Source of the DNA: Planctomycetota bacterium
Lineage (GTDB): Bacteria > Planctomycetota > UBA1135 > UBA2386
NCBI GenBank assembly: GCA_965228735.1
Contig: OZ245838.1
Coordinates: 3,744,001-3,808,000 of the forward strand
Reading direction: 5' to 3'
Length of the DNA stretch: 64,000 nucleotides
Both the position numbers and the translations under genes were made by a program. Positions within the stretch are counted from its first letter, which is position 1. Each line of letters begins with the position of its first letter. Positions 22,780 through 32,587 of this stretch are shown here, piece after piece. Below the pieces are notes generated by a model. That model made no database searches. It was given only the letters and a program-made list of their open reading frames with translations, and was not told where the DNA came from.

Positions 22780-22892
22780 GGCGGTACTGAACCCGCTTCG
22801 AATCCGCCACCGGGCAAAGACGGCAACTCCGCAGCGCGAGGCCGGCTGCGTCGTCAGTGAAGTGGCGGAATCGAAACGGGTTCGGTACCGCC
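22780..22892. repeat. REPIN/MITE-like element (family B), copy 2
   Basis: ggcggtactgaacccgcttcgaatccgccac (22780-22810) pairs with gtggcggaatcgaaacgggttcggtaccgcc (22862-22892). The 51-bp spacer is unrelated to that of copy 1. Confidence 0.8.
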
Positions 22893-22896
22893 ACTC

Positions 22897-23937
22897 TCAG
22901 TCGCTCTCGACTCGCTTCCACTCGGGGCGGTAGGACAGGCCGGTCTTGATCACGAGTTCGAGCAGGTCGCCGTAGTCGAGGCCGACGGCTTCGGCGGCTT
23001 CGGCGAAGTCCTCGATCTCGGTGAGGTCGGCGTTGGTGTTGACCTCGATCACGTAGACGTTCCCGGCATCGTCCATCCGCATGTCGACGCGCGCGTAGCC
23101 CGAAAGATCGAGCGCGCGGTAGGCGCGGCGGGCGATGTTCTGGATCTCGCGCTCTTTCGCCGGCGGCAGGCGGCGCGCCTTGCCGGTCTTGATGCCGATG
23201 CCCTGCGCGTAATCGACGTCCCACTTCACGCGCGCCTCGGCGATCGGCTTGGTGCCCTTCGGCAACTTGGAGTACCAGACCTCCCAGACGGGAAGAACCT
23301 TGAGACGGTCGTTCCCGACGATCGCGACCGTCAGTTCGCGGCCCGCGATGTATTGCTCGACGACGACGTCGTCCTTCTGCGTGCGGTGCATGTACTCGAC
23401 GCGCCGCTGCAGCTGCCTGTCCGTGCTGACGATCGACGCCTGCGAGATGCCGGCGCTGCCGTGCTTGGTCGCGGCCTTGACGATCGCCGGATACCGCATG
23501 TCCGGCGCGAGCTTCGGCGTCTTCGTCCGCTGCTTGACGACCATGAAGTCCGGCACCGGCACGCCTTCGTGCCGCAGGATCATCTTGCTGATGCCCTTGT
23601 CACCCGCGAGCACCATGCCGCGCGGGTTGCAGCCGGTGTAGGGCTGCTTCAGCAGCTCGAGGTAGCTGACGAAGTGCGCCTCGTAGCTGATGACGTCATG
23701 GAAGTCCGTGATGATGTTGAACACGATGTCCGGCTTGAACGAGCCGATCATCGTCTTCACGGGGTTGAGGTCGTCCTCGACGCCGAAGACCTTGACCTCG
23801 TGCCCGAGGTCCTCGAGCGTCACCTTGACGTCGAGTTCCATCTGGTAGGCCCAGGTGTCGTCGGGGTCGAGCTCGAGCGCGTTCGACGGCGGCACGAGGA
23901 CGTCGTGGACGAGGACGAGGACCTTCTGCTTCTTCAT
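22897..23937 (-). CDS. D-alanine-D-alanine-ligase-like ATP-grasp protein
   Basis: PDIVFN, LELLKQPYTGC, DKGISK, YPAIVK..HGSAGI, VEQYIAGRELTV and GYARVDMR...YVIEVN are present. It lacks the canonical N-terminal GGxSxEH of Ddl. Confidence 0.8.
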   Translation of the reverse strand: MKKQKVLVLVHDVLVPPSNALELDPDDTWAYQMELDVKVTLEDLGHEVKVFGVEDDLNPVKTMIGSFKPDIVFNIITDFHDVISYEAHFVSYLELLKQPYTGCNPRGMVLAGDKGISKMILRHEGVPVPDFMVVKQRTKTPKLAPDMRYPAIVKAATKHGSAGISQASIVSTDRQLQRRVEYMHRTQKDDVVVEQYIAGRELTVAIVGNDRLKVLPVWEVWYSKLPKGTKPIAEARVKWDVDYAQGIGIKTGKARRLPPAKEREIQNIARRAYRALDLSGYARVDMRMDDAGNVYVIEVNTNADLTEIEDFAEAAEAVGLDYGDLLELVIKTGLSYRPEWKRVESD

Positions 23938-24021
23938 CCGCACCACCTGCTGACCGACCGGCTGCTCACAGCGGCGACCGTAGCGCAAGGCCGACGCGAA
24001 CGCGAAGACTCGCCGGCGCGC

Positions 24022-25038
24022 TCAGCGCCCGGACGCCGCCGCGATCGCGGCCGGGACGGGGCGCTCCTCGGGCATCGCGAGCACTCCCGCGCGGTAGCTC
24101 GTGCCGAAGTAGTGCAGCAGCATCGGCAGCAGCGTCAGCAGCGCGCTGCAGAACACGAGCGCGATCATCGCGTACTCGCGCAGCGTGAGCTGTTCGATCA
24201 GCGGCTTGCGCGAGTCCGCCGCCGCCGCGGCGAGCACGTCGCTCGGCACATGCCGGCGGTTGCCGTTGTGAAACTCGCCGCCGAGGCGGATCGCGACCTG
24301 CCGCAGCGTGCTGACGTCCTGCCGCGACTGGCCGCCGTCGATGAACTTGCCCTGCACGTGGTCGCCGACGCCGATGACGAGCGAGCCGCCGAACGACGGC
24401 GGCAGCTGCGGCATCCCCGTGCCGGGCACCGTGTCGCCGTCCGTGACGATCACGAGCATCGCGCTGTCGGCGCGCCAGAACTTGCCGAGCTTCGCGGCGG
24501 CCTCGATGCCGTCGAACAGCCGGGTCTTGCCGCGCTTGAACGCGTACCGCATCTCGACGGCGCCGCTCATGATGTGACGCACGAGCTCGATGTCGCGCGT
24601 GTCCTCGACGACCGGCTTGGCGCCGTTGAACGTCGCGATCACCGAGATCTTGAACTTGCCGATCGGCACGCGCTCGAACAGGGACTCGACGAGCTCGGCC
24701 GCGCGCTCGCGCCGGCTCATGTCACCCGAGCGCCCCGCGTCGCGCAGCATCATGCTCGGCGACACGTCGTAGACGAGCACCAGGTGACGCCACTCCTCGT
24801 CCGGGATCTCGTCGGACTGGTGGATGACCGGTTCGACGAACATCAGCGTCGTGAGCGCCCACGCGAGTCCGCCAGCAGCGAGCGAACGGATGAACGGCAC
24901 GGTTCGCGCCCACGCCGCCGGCCGCTGACGCGGCCCGAACAGCAGTCGCGAGTGCCGCACGAGGCGCCGCCAGTGCAGCACCTCGCCGACCATCACGAGC
25001 ACGGCGGCGACGCCAGCGAGGATCAGCGGCATCACCAT
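24022..25038 (-). CDS. VWA domain membrane protein (BatB-like)
   Basis: MIDAS motif DVSPSM, VIVTDGD and terminal TM helices. It overlaps the upstream VWA gene. Confidence 0.85.
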   Translation of the reverse strand: MVMPLILAGVAAVLVMVGEVLHWRRLVRHSRLLFGPRQRPAAWARTVPFIRSLAAGGLAWALTTLMFVEPVIHQSDEIPDEEWRHLVLVYDVSPSMMLRDAGRSGDMSRRERAAELVESLFERVPIGKFKISVIATFNGAKPVVEDTRDIELVRHIMSGAVEMRYAFKRGKTRLFDGIEAAAKLGKFWRADSAMLVIVTDGDTVPGTGMPQLPPSFGGSLVIGVGDHVQGKFIDGGQSRQDVSTLRQVAIRLGGEFHNGNRRHVPSDVLAAAAADSRKPLIEQLTLREYAMIALVFCSALLTLLPMLLHYFGTSYRAGVLAMPEERPVPAAIAAASGR

Positions 25039-25943
25039 GGCGTGTACCTCAGCCCGAGCTGAACGAGGCCCCAGATCGCGAGCACGCAGAGCCCCGCGAG
25101 GGCGAACGGCCAGAACCAGTCGACGAGCTCCGCCGCGGTCTGCTCGAGCTCCGCCTTGGACATCTCGTCGATCGTCATGAAGACGTTCTCGAGCGCCGCC
25201 ATGTCGCCGGGGTTGAACACCTCGCCGCCCGTCAGGCGCGCGAGATTGACGATCTCACCGCGCGCGTCGGCGTCCTGGATGTTGATCGCAAAGAGCTTGA
25301 TGCCGTCCCGCTTCAGCGTCTTCGCGATCTCCATGTCGTTGCCGCCCGTCAGGTCCGAGCTCCAGCCGTCGGTCACGAGCACGATCATGCGATCGCCCTC
25401 GCTGCGTTCGTTGAGCAGCTCGCGGCAGGCCATCACGGCCTTGCCGATCTCGGTGCCGCCGAACCCCGGGATCCGGTTCTCGGGCCGCATGAACGGGATC
25501 GAACACTTGAACGCCGACGGGTCGCTCGTGAGCGGCACCCAGTGCAGGTAGCTGTTGCCGAAGAACGTGAGCCCGAAGGCATCCCCCGAGCGATAGTCGA
25601 GGAACTCGTTGATCGCCTTCATCGACGCGTCGTAGCGCGTTCCCGGGCCGAACTGCGCCGTCATCGAACCCGAGATGTCGACGGCGAACTGGATGTTGGT
25701 CAGCTGCCGCTTCTGCCGGGGTGCTGCGAGCTCCTGCGGCAGCGCGATGACGAGCACCGCGACCGCGAGCATGAGCGCGGGCAACGACTCACCGATCCCG
25801 AGGACGGAACGCACCCACCAGCCGCTGCCGGCGAGCCCCTGGTCGAACGGCAACGCGGTTCGACGACCGCTGCGGCGCCACACCCAGACCATCTGGAGCA
25901 GGGGCAGAACCAGCAGGAGCAACAGCCACGGGCGCGCGAACAT
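25032..25943 (-). CDS. VWA domain membrane protein (BatA-like)
   Basis: The start MFARPWLLLLLVLP (BatA-type N-terminus) overlaps the upstream stop as TGATG. Contains DISGSM, GTEIGKA, VLVTDG and a C-terminal TM. Confidence 0.88.
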   Translation of the reverse strand: MFARPWLLLLLVLPLLQMVWVWRRSGRRTALPFDQGLAGSGWWVRSVLGIGESLPALMLAVAVLVIALPQELAAPRQKRQLTNIQFAVDISGSMTAQFGPGTRYDASMKAINEFLDYRSGDAFGLTFFGNSYLHWVPLTSDPSAFKCSIPFMRPENRIPGFGGTEIGKAVMACRELLNERSEGDRMIVLVTDGWSSDLTGGNDMEIAKTLKRDGIKLFAINIQDADARGEIVNLARLTGGEVFNPGDMAALENVFMTIDEMSKAELEQTAAELVDWFWPFALAGLCVLAIWGLVQLGLRYTPW

Positions 25944-26833
25944 CAGCTCGACGCCCCCTGCGAGCCGCCGGCGGCGGTCGCCGCAGCCGGCGCGTCTGCC
26001 CTGGCCTGGGTCATCGCGCGGTCGAACGCGGCCGCGTCGACCTGCCGGTAGGGCGCGAGCAGCTTCTGCACGTCGACCGCCTGCGGCGGCTCCGGCACGT
26101 GCAGCCACGCCTCGAGCTCGCGCAGGAGCGGGCCACCCTGATCGTGCTCGCGGATCTTGCGGATCGCGCGGTCCGCCTTCTCGTCCTCGAGATCGAGCCG
26201 TTCGCGCCAGAACGCGACGAGCAGGCGTTCGAGTTCGGCCTGCTCCGCGGGTGACGCCTTGCCGTTCGCCGCGGCTTCGACGAACGGGCGCAACCGGTCG
26301 GCGAAGGTCGGCGGCGCCTCGGCAGCCACGACCGCGGCCCTGCGCTTCCGGCCGACGAACAGGATGGCGAGCAGACCGACGACCCAGAGGACGCCGAAGA
26401 CGATCATCTGCGTGCTGTAGCCGCCGGTGTCCGCCGGCCGCACGGGATCGGGCTCGCTCGGCTCGGTCTCACCCGCGGGCAGCACCGCCGCGACGTCGAC
26501 GGTCAGATCCGGCACGTCCCCGAGCTCCGAACCGTCCTTGCGGCGCAGGTAGTCGCGCAGGTCGAAGGTACCGGCCTCGAGCCCGGTCCACTCGATGTCG
26601 TAGCGGAAGCCCGAGCCGTGCGCGCGCGTCGCGATGATGCGCACGACGACCGGCGACTCGAACGTCGTCTCGGCCGTCTCGAGCTCACTGCCCATGATCA
26701 CCACCTCTTCGAGCAGCGACCGCATGCCGACGGTAGACTCGCGACCGACGTTGACCTTGGTCTGAGCCGAGCCGGCCGAAGGCAGCCCGAGCACCGCAGC
26801 GAGAACGAGCAGAACGACTGACCTGAACCTCAT
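25943..26833 (-). CDS. Single-pass membrane protein of the MoxR/VWA operon
   Basis: ATG 26833 (MRFRSVVLLVLAAVLGLPSAGSAQ) overlaps the DUF58 stop. The internal TM is MIVFGVLWVVGLLAILFVGRKRR. Confidence 0.75.
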   Translation of the reverse strand: MRFRSVVLLVLAAVLGLPSAGSAQTKVNVGRESTVGMRSLLEEVVIMGSELETAETTFESPVVVRIIATRAHGSGFRYDIEWTGLEAGTFDLRDYLRRKDGSELGDVPDLTVDVAAVLPAGETEPSEPDPVRPADTGGYSTQMIVFGVLWVVGLLAILFVGRKRRAAVVAAEAPPTFADRLRPFVEAAANGKASPAEQAELERLLVAFWRERLDLEDEKADRAIRKIREHDQGGPLLRELEAWLHVPEPPQAVDVQKLLAPYRQVDAAAFDRAMTQARADAPAAATAAGGSQGASS

Positions 26834-27702
26834 CGCGCCCCCCGACCGGCGACGCCGCGCGACTGCAGGAACAGGCGCAGCTTGGGCAAGAACGGCTGAT
26901 CCGTTCGCACCAGCAGGTGACCGACGCCGCCGCGCCGCAGATCGCCCGCGATGCGCTCGGTGTCGAGCGGCCGGCGCCGGCCGTGCGTCACGAAGCCGCG
27001 GCCGGATTCCGCTTCCTGCGCACGCAGGAAGCCCGCACCGCGCAGCGTGACCTCGGCCGGATCCTGCAGCTGGATGACCGCGACCTCGTGCTGCTGCGCG
27101 AGCATCGCGATCGAGTGGATCGCGCCCGGCTCGTGCAGATCGCTGAGCACGAAGATCAGCGACCGCGCCTTGAGCGTCGGCCGCAGCTCGGCCAGTCGGC
27201 GCACGATCATCGTCGGCTCGTCGAGCCGGTACTGCCGCAGACGCAGCAGCCACTGCAGCACCGTGTCCTTCGCGAGCGTCGGCTCGACGCGGACGTCGCG
27301 GGCGCCGCCGCCGAGCACGCCGACGGGGCTCATGCGATCGAGGCACGCGAGCGCGAGCCCGCCCGCCAGCCGCAGCGCGAGCTCGTACTTGCTCATGCCG
27401 ACCGACGAGACCACCATCGACGCCGAGGTGTCGACGAGGAACCACGCGGGGTAGCGCCGCTGCGCCTCGTACTCCTTGACGTGGTGCTTGCCCGACCGCG
27501 CCGTCACGCGCCAGTCCATCGACTTGACCGAGTCGCCGGGCTGATACGGCCGCGACTGCACGTAGTCGATGCCCGAACCGCGATAGCGCGAGCCGTCGAG
27601 GCCGTACGTGAGATCGTCCGCGAGCTTCTGCACCGCGATGACGAACTTCTTGATGGGCAGCGGATCGACCTGCCCGAGCATGCCCGTGCGGGTCGAGCTC
27701 AT
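26830..27702 (-). CDS. DUF58 domain protein
   Basis: SRYRGSGIDYVQSRPYQPGDSVKSMDWRVTAR, VDTSASM and LIFVLSDL. Confidence 0.92.
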   Translation of the reverse strand: MSSTRTGMLGQVDPLPIKKFVIAVQKLADDLTYGLDGSRYRGSGIDYVQSRPYQPGDSVKSMDWRVTARSGKHHVKEYEAQRRYPAWFLVDTSASMVVSSVGMSKYELALRLAGGLALACLDRMSPVGVLGGGARDVRVEPTLAKDTVLQWLLRLRQYRLDEPTMIVRRLAELRPTLKARSLIFVLSDLHEPGAIHSIAMLAQQHEVAVIQLQDPAEVTLRGAGFLRAQEAESGRGFVTHGRRRPLDTERIAGDLRRGGVGHLLVRTDQPFLPKLRLFLQSRGVAGRGAR

Positions 27703-28706
27703 TGCACGGTCTCGGACAGGATCTCCTGCAGGACCTGCGGCCCGGTGTGACCCTCGGCGATCGCCTCGTAGGTCAGGCGGATGCGGTGCAGCACGACGTC
27801 CTCCGCGAGCGCGAACAGGTCCTCGGGCAGCACGTAGTCGCGGCCGTGGATCAGCGCGCGGGCGCGCGACGCCTTGACGAGCGAGATCCCGGCGCGCGGA
27901 CTGCAGCCGAGCTCGAGCTTGGGATGCTTCCTCGTGCGATTGACGATCTCGATCGTGTGCTCGAGGAACGCCTCGCTCACGTGCACCTCCTGCACGTCCT
28001 CCATCGCCCGCACGAGCATCTCGGCGCTGCCCTTCATCGTGTCCTGGATCGCGTCGAACTCGGTGCGCGCGACCGCGCCCTTGCCCTCGCGCTTGACGCC
28101 GAGCTTCATGTTGCGGCGCAGCACCTCCTTCTCCTCCTCGGGCTCGAGGTACTCGAGGCGGTGCAGCAGCATGAACCGGTCGAGCTGCGCTTCGGGCAAC
28201 TCGAACGTGCCGGCCTGTTCGACCGGGTTCTGCGTCGCGATCACGAGGAACGGTGCCGGCAGGGCGAAGTTCTCGTTGCCGATCGTCACACGGCGTTCCT
28301 GCATCGCCTCGAGCAAGGCGCTCTGCACCTTCGGCGCGGCGCGGTTGATCTCGTCGGCGAGCAGCAGGTTGGTGAAGATCGGGCCCTTGTGGATCCGGAA
28401 CTCGTTCGTCTTCTGATCGAGGATCTCGGAGCCGACGATGTCGGACGGCAAGAGGTCGATCGTGAACTGAATGCGCGCGAACTCGAGGTCGATCGCCTTG
28501 CTGATCGCGGCGACGAGCAGCGTCTTGGCGAGCCCGGGCACGCCCTGCAGCAGCAGGTGGCCCGACGTCAGCATCGCGATCAAGGCGCGTTCGACGACGA
28601 CGTCCTGACCGACGACGGTCTGGCCGACGCGCGAACGAATCTGGGACAAGAACTCACGAGTCTCCGCGAAGCGGGTCGTGGCCGGGGCATCGGGGGTAGA
28701 GGTCAT
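27699..28706 (-). CDS. moxR: MoxR family AAA+ ATPase
   Basis: HLLLQGVPGLAKT, RIQFTIDLLPSDI, LLADEINRAAPKVQSALLEAMQE and ATQNPVEQAGTFELPEAQLDRF. ATG at 28706. Confidence 0.95.
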   Translation of the reverse strand: MTSTPDAPATTRFAETREFLSQIRSRVGQTVVGQDVVVERALIAMLTSGHLLLQGVPGLAKTLLVAAISKAIDLEFARIQFTIDLLPSDIVGSEILDQKTNEFRIHKGPIFTNLLLADEINRAAPKVQSALLEAMQERRVTIGNENFALPAPFLVIATQNPVEQAGTFELPEAQLDRFMLLHRLEYLEPEEEKEVLRRNMKLGVKREGKGAVARTEFDAIQDTMKGSAEMLVRAMEDVQEVHVSEAFLEHTIEIVNRTRKHPKLELGCSPRAGISLVKASRARALIHGRDYVLPEDLFALAEDVVLHRIRLTYEAIAEGHTGPQVLQEILSETVQ

Positions 28707-28762
28707 CTCGAGGGGCGGGTGGGTGGGCCAGCGAACCGGCCAGCGAACGAGCCGGCGAGGGG

Positions 28763-31700
28763 TCAGCGAGCGAGAGCGGAAGCGGGGTTGCTGTTGGCGC
28801 GGCCGAGCCAATCACGGGCCACGGCCTCGAGGTCGAGCGATTCGTCCTCGGCCTTGCCGAAGTGCGCGGCCTCGATGCGCGCGATCGTCACATCGAGCTC
28901 CTGCTTGTCGGCCGGCGACAGCGCGGCGCGGGCCTCGACCTCGCGCAACAGCACGAGCACGCGGAACGCGGTGATCGTGCCCGGCATCGTGATCAAGGCA
29001 GTGCGCTGCTCGACCGAACCGCCGCCGGGCTTGACGCCGAAGAACCAGATGAAGAACAGGACCGACGCGATCCCGATCACGACCCAGAACCACGCGGGCA
29101 CGGCCTCGGGACCGGCCATGCGCAGCGCGATCCGCGGATCGACCGTCATGAGGTCGGCGTCGGCGTAGCGCTGGTAGACCGCGGTCACGTCGTCGCGCGT
29201 CGGCCGCGCGAACACGAACTCCTCGCCGAACTCCTCGCCCTCTTCGGGCTTGAGCGACAGGATCCAGACGCGCTCCGTCTCGACGAGCAGCTGGTCCTCG
29301 GCGAACTTGCTGATCGTCGCGCCCTGATCCTCGCTCTTGTCGATGCGGTAGTCGGGGAAGTCGGTGTCGAGGAAGTCATCTAGGTCGGGCACGAGACCGT
29401 TGGCCTTGGCCTTGATCTCGAGCGTCAGCTTGCCCTCGTCGACCTTGCGTTCGTCGAGCAGCTGCGTGACCGTGAGGTCCTCGAACGGCCGCAGGCGGGA
29501 CGGCGGCGCGGACGCGTCGATCGCGACCGGCGCCGAGCCGATCGGCAGCACCGCGTAGCCCGACGTGTCCATGAAGTCGAAGTCCATCTGGATCGCCGGG
29601 ATCCGGTCGACCTGCGCGCCGCGCGCCTTGAGCAGCAGATACGCGTACGGCGTGCGCCGCCAGCCGGCCTCGTCCGTCGGCCAGCTCGCCATGGAGTCGC
29701 CGTTCCACGTGACCGACAGCACCTCGAAGTGCTCGCTGAGCGCCGTGTTCACGGCCTCGTCGAAGCGGTCGCGGTAGTTCTCCAGCGGGCGGCCGTAGTT
29801 GAACGCGTAGTTCATGTTGTTCTGGTTCTGCGCGTACTTCGCGAACCCGCCGCTCTCGCGTTCGATCTCCGGCGTGTGCACGATGTCGACGCGCACGCCG
29901 AACTCGCCCGTGCCGACCTCGGTCGGCCCGTCGACCACCGCCTCGAGCTTGAGCTCGCGCGTGAGGTCGCCGTAGTAGTTCCAGACCTTGCGCGCCTCGG
30001 CCGCCTGCGGGTGATCGCCGGCGATCTCGAAGCCCGCCTCGAGGTAGCGGAACTTGATCTGCGGCTTGACGGACGACATCCGCGTGAACAGCGCGTTGGC
30101 GAACATCGCCTCGTGCCGCTCGCGGCTGCCCTTCGGCAGGCTCGCGAGGGCCGCCTTGATCTTGGGCAGCTGCGTCTTGGCGACGACCGTGCTCTCGTCG
30201 ATCACGCCGAGATCGCACGCGCCGAGCGCCGCGTAGAACCACGTGTCGAACGCGTCGAGCTTCTCCTCGTCGACGCGCAGGTCGGGCGCCCGCTCGATGT
30301 AGTCCGCGGCGGCCTGCTCGAAGAGCTCGAACGCGTACTTGCGCGCCTCGGCGAAGCCGCTGTCGCGCTTCTGCTCGCTGCTGAAGTTGTTCTGGTCGTG
30401 CAGGATCGCAGCCGTGAGCGCGAGCAGCGCCCAGTGCTCGCCCTTCTTCGTCATCACGTCGCGCGCGACGGTCAGCGCCGTCGCGTATCCGCGCATGACC
30501 TCGGCCATGATCTCCTTCTCGCGCCGCCCCGTCTTCTTGTCCTCCTGCACGGCCGGCACGCGCCAGACCGTCGCGAGGTTGGCGCGCATCTTGGCGAGCA
30601 GCTCGCCGAGCAGCTCGGGCTCGAGGTTCTCGACGCCGCCGAACACCTGCTCGATCGTCTCGAGGCGGTAGACCTCGGCCGTGCTGTGCGCGGCGATGAA
30701 CGCCTGGCTCAGCAGCTTCTGATCGACCGGCTCCATCGGCAGCGCGCGCATGCGCGAGACCCACTTCGACAGCTCTTCGAGGTTGCGCTCCTGCTTGCTG
30801 CGCGTCAGCGGGATGCCGCGCGCGCGCTGGTTGAAGCCGTAGACGAACATGTAGGGGTTCGTCCGGTTGTTGTTGACGTTGGGGTTGTTGTTGCGCATCC
30901 ACACGCGCAGGAACTCGTCGGCGAGATCCTTGGCCTTGCGCGGATTGACGGTCGCGAGCTTCTCGATGAACGGGAACGCCTTCTCGTACTCGTTGACCTT
31001 GAGGAACAGCTGCGCCGACACCGTCTGGAAGTGCGGCGCGAGCGCGCGGTCGAGCATGTCGACCCAGCGCGGGCCGGGCTGGCTATCGATGAGATCCGCC
31101 GGCTCGATCGACTGCACCTGCCCGCCGCCGCCGAGGCGCTGGTTGCTCCAGAAGATGTTGCCGAACGAGTCGCGCTGCATCATCGGACCGTAGCGCGTCG
31201 TCTGACTGTGCTGGTTGGTGTAGGACGCCTCGACGATCCAGCCGGACGCGAGCAGCGCCAGCGTCGGGCGCCAGTCTTCGGCGAGCTCCGGCGCCGATTC
31301 GAGCAGCGCGTCGACAGCGACCTTCTGCAGCTTGATCACCTTGCTGCGATAGTCGGTGTCCTTGGCGTGCTTCTGGAAGCCCTTGGCCGCCTCGCCGCCG
31401 ATCGTCGCGATGATCTCCATGCCGCGCTGCGGCATCTCGGTGAAGCTCTGCGCGAGCCACTTCGGCCCGAGCTCCTCGCTGACCTTGGGCGCCAGGTCGA
31501 CCGCGCGCAGCAGCGCCTCTTCTTTCTCTTCCGCGCTGACCTCACCGCGCTTCAGCACGGCCTGCGTCACGCGCCACGCGCCTTCGAGGTACTCGTTGCG
31601 CTGCTCCTCGGCGAACTTCGCGAGGTAGAACCGCGCCAACAGATTGAGCGCCTCGCGGTCGTTGTCCTCGTCGGCGTTCTCCGGCGTCGGCAGGAACGGC

Positions 31701-32587
31701 CCGAGCTCACCATCGAGCTTGACGGCCGACAGCAGCAGCGCCGCCTCGCGACGACCGAGGCGCCGGTCTTCTTCGGCCTGCTCGACCTCTTCGCGCAGCA
31801 GCCGCACGAGCTCCTCGACCACGCTGCCGAACTCCATCGCCCGCTTGACGAGCGGCGCGAGCAGCTCGACCTGCTTCTTGTCGAAGCCGCCGGGCGCCAT
31901 GCCCGCGAGGATCAGCGTCTCCTGGAACGAGAACCGGTTCTTCTCCTGCAGGTTGGCCGGCACGCGCCGATCGGCCGGCGTCTGCGGATGCCGCGGCAGC
32001 GTCTTGAGGAAGTGCTCGTAGGCGCCCTTCTGTTCCTTCTCGGGCATCGCCGCGAAGAACTCGGCGACCTTGTCCCAGCGCGACAGCGTCACGTCGCGTT
32101 GGAACATCTCGAGCTCGCGCTGCAGCGTCTTGGTCTTGAGCTCCGCTTCGGCCGCGGCCTTCTCGGCCTCGGTCGGTTCCTTCTCCTCGTCTTCAACAGT
32201 CGGCGCCTCGACCTTGGTCGGATCGACGCCGAGTTCCGCGATCACGGCCTCGCGCAGGTCATCGTCGATCTTGCCCTCTTCTTCGGCCGGGTCGTACGGC
32301 TTGAGCTCCGGCGCGGCCCACGCGGCGAGCACGGAGGACGGCCGCCGGTCGAACACGAGCCCCTTCCATTTGGTCAACTTCTCTGCAGCTGCCGCCGCTT
32401 CGGGGTCGTCGGTCGCCGGCGTGGCCGGCGTCGCGAGCGCATCGCCGCCCTGAATCACGACCCCGGGCGGCAGGGTCGCGCTGGCGCTCGAAGTGCGAAG
32501 CAGCTGGATCGGAGCAGGATTCTGCGCCAGGACGGCCACGGTCGGCAGCCAGGCGCAAGCGAGGGGCAGGGCGAGTCGCAGGTTCAT
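28763..32587 (-). CDS. Large secreted/membrane-anchored helical protein (1,274 aa) heading the MoxR/VWA operon
   Basis: Signal peptide ending VLAQ, TPR-like helices and a C-terminal TM (WFWVVIGIASVLFFIWFFG). Codon bias is strong. Confidence 0.85.
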   Translation of the reverse strand: MNLRLALPLACAWLPTVAVLAQNPAPIQLLRTSSASATLPPGVVIQGGDALATPATPATDDPEAAAAAEKLTKWKGLVFDRRPSSVLAAWAAPELKPYDPAEEEGKIDDDLREAVIAELGVDPTKVEAPTVEDEEKEPTEAEKAAAEAELKTKTLQRELEMFQRDVTLSRWDKVAEFFAAMPEKEQKGAYEHFLKTLPRHPQTPADRRVPANLQEKNRFSFQETLILAGMAPGGFDKKQVELLAPLVKRAMEFGSVVEELVRLLREEVEQAEEDRRLGRREAALLLSAVKLDGELGPFLPTPENADEDNDREALNLLARFYLAKFAEEQRNEYLEGAWRVTQAVLKRGEVSAEEKEEALLRAVDLAPKVSEELGPKWLAQSFTEMPQRGMEIIATIGGEAAKGFQKHAKDTDYRSKVIKLQKVAVDALLESAPELAEDWRPTLALLASGWIVEASYTNQHSQTTRYGPMMQRDSFGNIFWSNQRLGGGGQVQSIEPADLIDSQPGPRWVDMLDRALAPHFQTVSAQLFLKVNEYEKAFPFIEKLATVNPRKAKDLADEFLRVWMRNNNPNVNNNRTNPYMFVYGFNQRARGIPLTRSKQERNLEELSKWVSRMRALPMEPVDQKLLSQAFIAAHSTAEVYRLETIEQVFGGVENLEPELLGELLAKMRANLATVWRVPAVQEDKKTGRREKEIMAEVMRGYATALTVARDVMTKKGEHWALLALTAAILHDQNNFSSEQKRDSGFAEARKYAFELFEQAAADYIERAPDLRVDEEKLDAFDTWFYAALGACDLGVIDESTVVAKTQLPKIKAALASLPKGSRERHEAMFANALFTRMSSVKPQIKFRYLEAGFEIAGDHPQAAEARKVWNYYGDLTRELKLEAVVDGPTEVGTGEFGVRVDIVHTPEIERESGGFAKYAQNQNNMNYAFNYGRPLENYRDRFDEAVNTALSEHFEVLSVTWNGDSMASWPTDEAGWRRTPYAYLLLKARGAQVDRIPAIQMDFDFMDTSGYAVLPIGSAPVAIDASAPPSRLRPFEDLTVTQLLDERKVDEGKLTLEIKAKANGLVPDLDDFLDTDFPDYRIDKSEDQGATISKFAEDQLLVETERVWILSLKPEEGEEFGEEFVFARPTRDDVTAVYQRYADADLMTVDPRIALRMAGPEAVPAWFWVVIGIASVLFFIWFFGVKPGGGSVEQRTALITMPGTITAFRVLVLLREVEARAALSPADKQELDVTIARIEAAHFGKAEDESLDLEAVARDWLGRANSNPASALAR

